20,000 nucleotides of DNA. Source: Catajapyx aquilonaris. Lineage: Eukaryota. The notes beneath the pieces were generated by a model. The model did no database searches. It had not been told where the DNA came from and saw nothing but the letters and a program-made list of their open reading frames with translations. The DNA lies in contig JYFJ02001436.1 of assembly GCA_000934665.2 (NCBI GenBank), positions 60,247 through 80,246 of the forward strand, in the 5' to 3' direction. Of this stretch, positions 11,366 to 20,000 are shown piece after piece; positions within the stretch are counted from its first letter, which is position 1, and every line of letters begins with the position of its first letter. The position numbers were made by a program, and so were the translations under genes.

Positions 11366-12086
11366 GACCCATTTGGCTTAAAATTCAATTCGTATACCAG
11401 GTTGAGCTATATGGTTGGGAGATGGTAAACAAGAGGTCTGCGGTACTATCAATGTTACAGGCTTGATCGGTTTGTTTACGAGGTTCGTGCGTAAATAATG
11501 TAGAAACTGGAACTGCTGACTTGTTAACTGTTATGCCTAACTGTGCTCCATCGATCAGTGTCTAATGCACACATGCCTGTACTTGAAGAATGGTCGCCTA
11601 CATTATGGTGTTGCTGATCAGTAATGTTATTCGGCCGCACATTTGCAGATCTGAAATACTATGTCCATTCAGATGAAAATGAGCTAGTCAACTGTACAAG
11701 GACATTGTTAGGAAGTCCAGATACAGAATATGCTAAAGATTCGGACATTGTTCACAATCTGGATTATATCTGAATGGTATTAAGACAGAAGATATTTCGA
11801 AAGCATCACATCAGGCATGTAGAAACGTATATAATTTACATGTCTCCAGCCTCATAATATGCCTGTTGCACCAGAACAATCTGGAAAAAACTAGCGCAAC
11901 AGATGATACACTGCATAATGTAGTTATAATCAATGTAGGGTCATTTTCATGGTCATCTTGATCGCTCTTCTCTTTGGATTCGAGTGGGGACACGCAAAGG
12001 GGACGAAACCTCCTGTCACTTGATCTTTTTTCCACGTCCTTCCACACTCGCGTGTTACGTTGTTTTTCTGTCTCTTTGTCATTCAG

Positions 12087-12200
12087 AACTACTGTTGCAT
12101 AAGCCAGGCTCAATTGATGGAGTCAGTTATTGTAGACTCGGAAGTAGCTATTTTGCTGGAGGGTATATAAACGCCACTTTATATTCATTCCGAGTTGCTG
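12087..12200 (+). CDS. Candidate 114-bp internal coding exon (phase 1-1), product unknown
   Basis: Polypyrimidine acceptor TTGTTTTTCTGTCTCTTTGTCATTCAG|AAC and donor CTG|GTAGGT. Length is a multiple of 3 and the frame is open: LLLHKPGSIDGVSYCRLGSSYFAGGYINATLYSFRVA. No homology recognised. Confidence 0.3.
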
Positions 12201-12583
12201 GTAGGTACACATTAATACTTTTCAGAAAAAGATGTGGGTGCATCCAGGGAATGCCCGAAAACAAGCTTATTCGTTTATATTTCCCTAACTTTCGGAGAGT
12301 GGAAAGTTTGGTAAGGAAAGGAGGAAACCTCGGCAGGTTTCTTACGCGTTAAAACGATGGGAGCAGCACAGGGTCTTGTATGAGGAAAGTTAATATACGA
12401 GAAGGTGTATTCCAGAGTGATATATGTCTAGATTTGAATTTTTTTTCGGGGAGCAGTCACTGTACTGTAGGTCTACCATATGGCAACAATGATCATTATG
12501 AGTAAATTGTAGTGGATATGGAATACGGTATGGCATGGGAATTTTTATTGTTAGCATGTTGTTTCCAATATTTAATACATGTA

Positions 12584-12795
12584 CACCCGCGAGCATAAAG
12601 ATGGAGACGGCCGGCCCTCACCTTCGGCAGGCTGCTCTGTCAATCTCAGCAATTACGGTATCAAATATACTGTCATAAATACACGGACACACGCTTGAAG
12701 CAGCAAACTCGGTCCAAAAAATAGTTCATTAATTTGAGTCGGATAAAGAAAGGTCAAAAAAGGGCCTGCCGTCTCCATCTTTATGCTCGCGGGGG
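12584..12795. mobile_element. MITE with 35-bp TIRs and TA duplication (Tc1/mariner-type)
   Basis: Left CACCCGCGAGCATAAAGATGGAGACGGCCGGCCCT vs right reverse complement CCCCCGCGAGCATAAAGATGGAGACGGCAGGCCCT (33/35). TA at 12582-12583 and 12796-12797. No coding capacity. Confidence 0.9.
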
Positions 12796-14049
12796 TACAG
12801 TCGTGTTTCACTCGCAGAGTGCATAGAAATGTGTCTCCCCGCCAAAAATACGTATATTGATACGTTATACTTTAAAACACAAAATTTTGTCATTGTTTAG
12901 CGGCATTTGCCCAATTTCGTCTCGGATTGTTGCCTAATCGTCAATTTTGTATTTTTGTAAATATTTCGTAAAGCCAGACATTCAGTTTTAAAATAAAAAA
13001 CGGCCTATTCCTCTAATAACTTAATATTGCCGACGAGAAATAAATCATCAAATGAAACAGGAAGGGGAACAGCAGGAAGCTTGGGATCTTCCCCGTCTAT
13101 CTCGAATTTCATGAACATATCCATAAAAATCACGGTCAGGAGTCGAGTAAAGATATCGCCGCTTCCCCCTCAACATGAGGGATGTTGTTACTGACAAGAT
13201 GGAGAACGAGATGTTGTTTATGAGTATGTCTCCTCTTGATGCATGGTAAAGTGAGTTCTGATTCCGTTCCACTTTTCTTATCAGGCCTTCCAAAACTGTA
13301 CACAAATCACTGACTCTAAATGGTAATCACTCGTTAATTGAGATGTGTTTAAGTTACATGTCGGAAAAGTTGCATGACCCTCAAGTGGTGCTTTTTGGAA
13401 CATTTAAAGACTAGTTTGGAGAAAAAAAATCCCCGAAAGTGGGAATAATACTAGGTAGTGCAAGACAATAGTAAAAAATATAAATTACGAAATCGCATAT
13501 TCTGAACAGGTAAAGGTATCATGAAGCTCAAATATCTGAACTTGAGGCCAGGGAGTGTGACGCACGAAAGGAGTTAAATCAGAGCGCTAGTTATGAATTT
13601 CACGTCGCTGTACATGTTGTACAGTATCACAGATATACTGTACTGTACATACAGTGTATCAAAGGAGTAGGAGGATGAGACGTGATAGCCCAGAATTCAA
13701 TTAAAACATGCATATAAAATTTAATGACATATTCCTTTAAGGAAAAAAAACATGATTTGCAATGTTGCTCACGCAATTCCCAATCAAGCATTAGTTTCCT
13801 CACTGTATTGCCATGACGGTGTAGTTTGCAAATTAGAGTATTATCACTATTTGAGGACATGCTACAAGCCAATAGTTTCCTTTGGAAGTGAACATATAGA
13901 GCATGCACAGCAGTACAACCCATTCAATAATTATTCATTCTTTTCATCAACGTCAACATGATTTGCACAACGTATACTCAATTTTCTGCAACTTGGTGCA
14001 AATCAAAGCAGATAATCACAGACTCGGTCCTATTTGCTTTCATTAGCGT

Positions 14050-14590
14050 TTCGTCAGAATCGCAATCAGCACTCTTAGTGCCTGAGGAATAATTAATCAT
14101 ACCAATTGACGTGGTGCATTAACGAAGCGATACGTAACGTGGCCATGTTTTGAAGGATACTTAGAAGGTCATTATGACGTCAGGAACCCGCCGGATCCAT
14201 CATCTCGCCCAATAAACAGCAGCACATTTCGATTGACATCCCAAATGCAACCAGGGGAAAAAAGGTCACCCCTGTGCACTTGCTATTCCGAGTTGAATTA
14301 CGCAAATGAGCCTGTGACAATGTTAACCGGAAAGGACCACCCTCCATGAATAAGTCAGGTTCTCCAAATACGTCAGGCTTTAGTGCTGTACCCCCCACAA
14401 CATTCTCACAAGGCGGAACTGACGTTACGCCAACTCCCAATTATTGCAGGCGCAGCTCTATTGGATTCTGGTTGCTACCAGGTGACGAGAGAAAATCAAC
14501 TTAATTATACTAACTGTGACAAAATGTAATGAAAAGAGCGCTTTTTCCAGCACAGGTTTGTGGCTATTTTTTCCCATCTTGACGTCATAA
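14050..14590. promoter_or_regulatory. CRE/bZIP-rich enhancer-like cluster
   Basis: TGACGTCA at 14175 and 14580, TGACGTGG 14107, TACGTCA 14369, TGACGTTA 14420, TGACG 14483, CGTCA 14052, C/EBP-like TTACGCAA 14298, NBRE AAAGGTCA 14261, ETS-like ACCGGAAA 14326. Confidence 0.6.
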
Positions 14591-14778
14591 ACCCCCCTCA
14601 CTAGCGTTTTTCACTGGCTTAAAGCTGGGCGGCTTTGCGACTCTTGGGACGGATCAATCAGGACTCGGAGGTGACATTTAAAAATTATCTCATAATCCTG
14701 GATAGTAAATGTACAGTATATTTTTACATGCTTGAGAGAAAGAGTTACTGCACTCTATCACAAACATGTAAGATATTT

Positions 14779-14927
14779 AGGACCGTATTAAAGCAAATTA
14801 TGTTCAGGTGTTCACAATACATAAACATGGATTTCCTTACTAATTTGCCAAATTTCAAGTATATTTCCGTGATGAAATTGGGAACCATAGTTTCATACAT
14901 TTAATTTCTGACAAATAAGACAGTCCT
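14779..14927. mobile_element. Degenerate MITE with GG...CC termini and TA flanks
   Basis: TTAGGACCGTATTA (14777-14790) vs TAAGACAGTCCTAA (14916-14929), 12/14 complementary. AT-rich interior contains an inverted CCAAATTTCA / TGAAATTGG pair. Confidence 0.4.
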
Positions 14928-15009
14928 AATTCGTACCATCGAATTATAACGACATAAACAATTTTATGGAATCGAATTGCAGAGTGTGAAAAGTGGTTTA
15001 CTGCTGTGT

Positions 15010-15225
15010 CAAGTCACTTCCTGGAGTGACCGGATATTTGAATTCACATCATTTGCTGCTCGCCAACGACGTCAGGTTTCAGGACACTGTCCTAAATCAA
15101 AGCTGGTACGAAACTTGAACCAATAACGGCGCATTTGAGCCGCCAGCACCCTCTTTGATTGGTTCGAATAGAAGCCTTACAGTCCTTCAGCCAATGGCAA
15201 CAAGAGAGGCTTTGCGACGTCAGTA
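15010..15225. promoter_or_regulatory. Candidate proximal promoter: three CCAAT boxes bracketed by CRE variants
   Basis: CCAAT 15120, ATTGG 15158 (TGATTGGTT), CCAAT 15191 (AGCCAATGG), spaced 38 and 33 bp. CGACGTCA at 15067 and 15215; ETS CACTTCCT near 15015; Inr-like TCAGT 15220-15224. Direction not determined. Confidence 0.55.
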
Positions 15226-16937
15226 AAACGCAAACCGAGTCAAGCCGAAAATCTCTTATTAATGCAATGCGACTGTTAATAAAAGAACTAATCACAGGAG
15301 TTACGGCGCATAAAGAAAGTTCCAACTTTTGCTACTGAAATGCACACACATAAAAAAAAGGAGCTGATAAACCGTCTCGTGAATAAAATAGTTTGGAAAT
15401 ATCCCAGTGAATAATCCGGAGGCGCTCGAGAAAGACAATATTCCAGGGCGTCGGGTTGGGAAATAGGAATGGTAAATAAAGCTGACCTGAAAGAGACTAA
15501 CGAGGCTGCATTATTCCGGGCTGTTGGCTGCCTCTTTTCGATCGAGCCCTTGGGGATTGCAGCTGAGCATCTATAACGTTTTCCACCAGTCGACAACTCT
15601 CTCTTTCCTCTTGGAAATTGGCCCGATTTTCACTCCCATTGACACAACTGCACTTGGCAGTCATCATTTTCAGCCTCAAGAGCGACGGATTTGTGTCCGC
15701 AGCCATTTGCAGGAGCTGGCCATGCTGTGTTGATGATGGCTTTACAAGTATCGCGGTTCCAGGTTCACAATCACGGGCTATTCCTAAGCGAGTCTCAGAT
15801 TGCAAAATAAGCAGTTAGGTCTGAAGCACCATAAGTGCCTTTTCACTTTCGTAACAGCTTATTACAAGTTTTATTCTGGCCATTTTTGTATTGTTAGAAA
15901 CTGATTAGATTTTGATATTGTGACCTACCAGTGCCAACTAATACCGGTACACTTAGGTTCTCAATACAGCAATGACGTATACTGTTAGAAATGGAATTCA
16001 CCAAATGGGTTTTGTATTCTGACTAACTGATACGCAGGTGCGCAAGGAGCTGTAACAGTAACGCTAGCATATGTGCGAATTGTAGAACAAAACTGAAATC
16101 ATTTTCGTAATGACCTGCCCATCGAAACATTGCATCCATCGTGAGGCCGTATATAAATTAATGGTGCACATAAAAGGTTTCATCATTGCGCTTTCTGTTG
16201 TGGATTCGAACCGTATTGTGGTAATTGGCGCGTGATGGTGATATTGCAGCATAATTGACCTGTGTTAATTTGGAGACTAACAAAACATAAATGATTGCCT
16301 GGTGTTTGCACGGTATTGTGCTGCACGTATATAGTTAAATAAAAAGGGATTGGCAAAAAAATGACTTTTTATAGATTGTTTAACGTTTATGAGATGGTGA
16401 ATAATGCATAATAATTATGGGAGTGTTAGCCTGCAAGAAATATGAAATAATTAAGAATAAAACACTTGAAGTAACAAGGATCTACAAGATAACAGCTATT
16501 CCTTGTTCTATAGTTCTACAGTATATGTAACTTACAACTCAATAATATTGTATAATGACACTTTTAAAAACATCTGAGCCCTCTTCGAAAAAGAAATAAG
16601 CACTCCGGAAACTCTACTTCACATGCTCCCCACGAATCGAGCAGCAGCAGTGACATTTTAATTCTGTCGAAACAATGAATTTGTCCATCTGTTTCTCTGA
16701 CAATCAAGCCTTCCAATTAAAGCAAGGAGCAAGAATTTGATTCCCATTGTGACTATTCATGACGATTCCGTCTCATTCCGCTTTAATTTCCGTCGCCATC
16801 TGCTCTGAGCTGTAGTTCCATTATTTCATCACGTTCCGTACACGACTGCAGATATTCGAATTACCTGCAAAGGAACCCCCCTGAATTCACAGGAGCACAA
16901 GCCTGCAAGCAAGAAGACGCGATCCGCTTAGGGGGGG

Positions 16938-16979
16938 CTAATCCGGTCGGACCTTATTTCAATTGACGTCACCAGTGAC

Positions 16980-17031
<52 letters not shown>

Positions 17032-17050
17032 GGCTGGCCGAATAATCCGG
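16938..17050. promoter_or_regulatory. CRE + TAATCC + GA-repeat module
   Basis: TAATCC at 16939 and 17043, TGACGTCA 16964-16971, TGACGTA 16976-16982, directly followed by (AG)24. Confidence 0.5.
16982..17029 (+). repeat. (AG)24 microsatellite
   Basis: Perfect 48-bp dinucleotide run. Confidence 0.99.
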
Positions 17051-18272
17051 GGGGAGGAAACAAGTGGCCGAAGTAGCTTCTAATTCGCAACGGGTGGTAC
17101 ATAAACTACTTATGATCGTAACTACCAGGCTCCTTTTGCGCCTTATTTACGACCCAGGAGGCCTAATTTTAGTCGTGTGAGCCACAATTTCTTAATTTGG
17201 GAGTAATGTCTGGTGACATCAATTTTTAAAAAATAATATCGATAGGCTGGAAAGGACCTTTTGTTTACAATAGTTGGTTGTATGAATTTTGGCGGAAATG
17301 GGATAACATAAGCGGAAGAGGAAGTGCTAGTGATATGAGGGGGTAAATGCTCGAATATTCTATTATGCTGCGTATATTTTGATTGCTATTTTGGTCTCTA
17401 ACACGCTGCGAAAGATGAGAGTTTTGCAATAACGGATGTGGAACTGGAGAACTACAGTAATTTCCATCCAGGGATTTTGTCGGTATCGAATTGTTTCTTG
17501 GTTACTTGGAAGTGAGGTAAACAATGATACCAGTAGTTAACGTTGTGTGCTTTAAAAATACATTTTTAATTTTTAGTTTTTGGGACAGTGGCTATTTAAG
17601 TGGCAATTTATAATTTATTATTAAGCAGAGGAACGTTTCTGTTCTCGAATTATGACGTGGCAGGCACTCAGAGTTAGCGTCCATGTGTCCTCTCTGCATA
17701 TCCTATGGGCTAACAGCACTCGACAGCATTGGCGTCTGTCTAGTAGTGGTTGGTTCGATTGTTCAAAAACGCAGTGGTTAGCAATAATTTGAATGGTTGC
17801 AGTGGTATTGTGGTGCTGGGTTTCAATGTTACAATATGACTATCGATCAAAAACAGCATTAAACCACATTAGCTAAACTTTTCAGCAGGGCTAAAACAGT
17901 TTGCGGGTTTTTTTCACACAAAAAATGGATCCATTCTGACCCATTATGGTAGGGCTTACGATGATAATAATGCCTAATGGACAGGGACGTGCGTTTTTAT
18001 GTTATGTAATAAGTCGAGTACCATTTTAATGTGCACTAGATCTTTGCTACGTTGTAATATGATTGTATGGTAAATAATAAAGTTGGAAAGACCATCACAG
18101 TCTAAAACTCTATATAAAGGCTACTGTGTAGCCAATAGAAATTCATTGAATAGTCCTATATACTACTATGCTAGTTTACCTCGTGCCAGCTGAAAGAAAC
18201 ACACATGCAAGAAGAGGAAGACCTAAAATGAATAATGATAACAGTTATTTTGATGGGATATCAGAATTAATA

Positions 18273-18445
18273 CAGGGTGTTCCAAGTTCGGGGGTCACTT
18301 TTTGATAACTGATATCGCCCGTTAGCAGTTATTTTTGTAGCTTGTTGTGCCCCTAACCATGTGTCCCATTCTATAACTACTGTTATATTCGACCCACTTG
18401 AAGGTCGACCCAAACTAGCTTGACTCCTGAACTTGGACCACCCTT
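18273..18445. mobile_element. Tc1/mariner-type MITE with 25-bp TIRs and TA duplication
   Basis: Left CAGGGTGTTCCAAGTTCGGGGGTCA (18273-18297) vs right reverse complement AAGGGTGGTCCAAGTTCAGGAGTCA (18421-18445), 21/25. TA on both sides. A lone TACAGGGTG stub follows at 18492-18500. Confidence 0.85.
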
Positions 18446-18533
18446 TATTATCCGATAGCATATTGGAGTGTCGACCACTCTGAGATACGTATACAGGGTG
18501 ATAATAATTTATATAGGACCTATTCTAAGTAGG

Positions 18534-18836
18534 CTAATAGAACTGCACAAAAGGCCGAGTTCAATTTGTCGTAAGTTACTGAAAAAATAAGTCATAGGCC
18601 CAAATTTTCGTAATGTCAACAATCATATTACGTGATTTATGCAGAACAACCAAAAATCTTACTTTCAGCATAAAAGTAAGAGCAATATTTCCTTTGTGTT
18701 TCATAACTTGGAACTGTTTTCCAACCATTTTCCGGCAACTGTTTTCCAACTGCACAAATTCTACCTTCAGAACTGCACATTTGGCTTTTAGTACTGTGCA
18801 CAAATTGTGCAGAACTGCACACTATAGCAGGCACAG
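18534..18836. mobile_element. Degenerate non-autonomous DNA element with repeated AACTGCAC motifs
   Basis: AACTGCAC at 18541, 18748, 18771 and 18813; hairpin GTGCAG-AA-CTGCAC (18807-18820); direct repeat AACTGTTTTCCAAC (18712-18725, 18737-18750). Termini are not clearly matched. Confidence 0.45.
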
Positions 18837-19904
18837 GGGTGATCCAAAATACTCGTCCAACTAATGTGCCTATTTTGTTGGCACTAAGCTGCTTATATTT
18901 TGCGTAGTTACTTTTAATGGCTATCAAAAGTATTGGCAGCTAAAATTATGTTACGTGTACCACCCTTTATTAAGCCTGGAAAGGGAGTGGGGGGTCTGGC
19001 AAGCACAAAGTGGGTTCTGTCATTGATGCGAGATGCCAGTTGTTCCAATGGGCCTCTCCCAATCGGAAGTACTTTGCAGTTCAAAGCTTGAAGGGATAAT
19101 CCTGTTAGGTGTAATATTAGCAGCTACCATAGTACTTTTGATAACCATTAAAAATAACTTTGCAAAATATTTGTCAAAAATGAAAATTGCCATAACCCAA
19201 AATGATGTGTCTTGGCTGGTTCTTAATTCCATGTCTTTATAAATTGCAAAGAAATTGAAACAAGATGACTTTCACGAGAGCCTGCCTTTTCATAGAATAG
19301 TATGTCGTCCGGACTATAGCATACTCATTGGCTCAAGACAAGTCGAAACTGTAGGGGAGATAAATGTATATAGGGACCAACCAGTGACGAGGTAATCGAC
19401 CAGACACATTGGCCTGTCTCTAGACACACGCGGCAACACACGCCATACTTCTTTGTAAGGAGATAGACATAGAAGTTTGCCTAAATTATTAGGAAACACT
19501 CTGGACACATCATACTGCTATCATTCTCTCGGCATATTGAGATCCAATATAAATATGATGCTTGCTCCAATTAATGCAGGATATTCTAATACGTGTTCTT
19601 TTGGTCGTAAAGGGAGTAATTAGACGACCTATTACACCCATTTCTGGAGCAGTAAGGGAGATCGGGATCTGTTGTAACACTTTTTAGTATTGATTTTTTA
19701 AATTCAGTTACATATGCATTTAGGCAAAGGTTTTTGACTTGGTGGAAATCAGGCAACATTCCTCTTTCTAAAATTAACATTATAAAATCATAAGATTAAA
19801 AATTGATAGATTTATAAATATTTTCCAAGGCAAGGGAGTGTGTTACAACCGACACCATCATATAGGGGTGGTTGTAACAGAGGGCGGAGTCTTAACCGGG
19901 GAAA

Positions 19905-20000
19905 TCTCTATATCTATAAATAAGGAAGTTTGTCAGTTTGGATGTTTGTCCCTTATAGAAATCCAGGGGAAGGCCCCTACACCGCCTTAAATTAGCATAT
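19905..20000 (+). mobile_element. 5' end of a Helitron-type element, running past the window edge
   Basis: A|TCTCTATATCTATAAATAAGGAAGTTTGTCAGTTTGGATGTTTGTCC: TC start after a host A, then TAT-rich and GTTT-repeat stretches, as is typical of animal non-autonomous Helitron 5' ends. The diagnostic 3' hairpin and CTRR are not in the window. Confidence 0.6.

Noticed and set aside
13560..13578. piggyBac-like end (CACGAAAGGAGTTAA)
   Set aside because: It deviates from GGG|TTAA and I found no partner terminus in the window.
19033..19242. Small ORF with a hydrophobic stretch (GIILLGVILAATIVLLITI)
   Set aside because: Hydrophobic runs arise easily in AT-rich DNA; no splice or homology support.
1..20000. 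Prokaryotic operon, phage or defence system
   Set aside because: The longest ORF is 128 aa, coding density is negligible, and SINE, MITE and microsatellite content indicates eukaryotic DNA.

Overview
This looks like eukaryotic, largely non-coding DNA (about 39-40% GC by eye, CpG not obviously depleted), probably a large intron or intergenic regulatory interval of a marine invertebrate. An echinoderm-like deuterostome is my low-confidence guess, based on abundant TAGGCCTA/TAC[A/T]GTA words and the repeat types. None of the listed ORFs resembles a protein family I recognise, and I see no rRNA, intact tRNA, CRISPR array or transposase. What the sequence supports: (i) short non-autonomous DNA elements and foldback palindromes (373-448, 5493-5713, 5741-5847, about 6740-7027, 12584-12795, 14779-14927, 18273-18445, about 18534-18836) and a Helitron-type 5' end at 19905; (ii) two tRNA-derived SINE-like fragments; (iii) two overlapping perfect palindromes (48 and 30 bp) at 6634-6706; (iv) a CRE/bZIP-rich region at about 14050-15225 ending in a triple CCAAT array, and a CRE + TAATCC + (AG)24 module at about 16940-17050; (v) a few candidate exons defined only by splice signals, the best being 12087-12200 (+). 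I cannot demonstrate a new biological system. The most unusual signals are the double palindrome, the window-wide excess of excision-footprint-like words and the CRE cluster.
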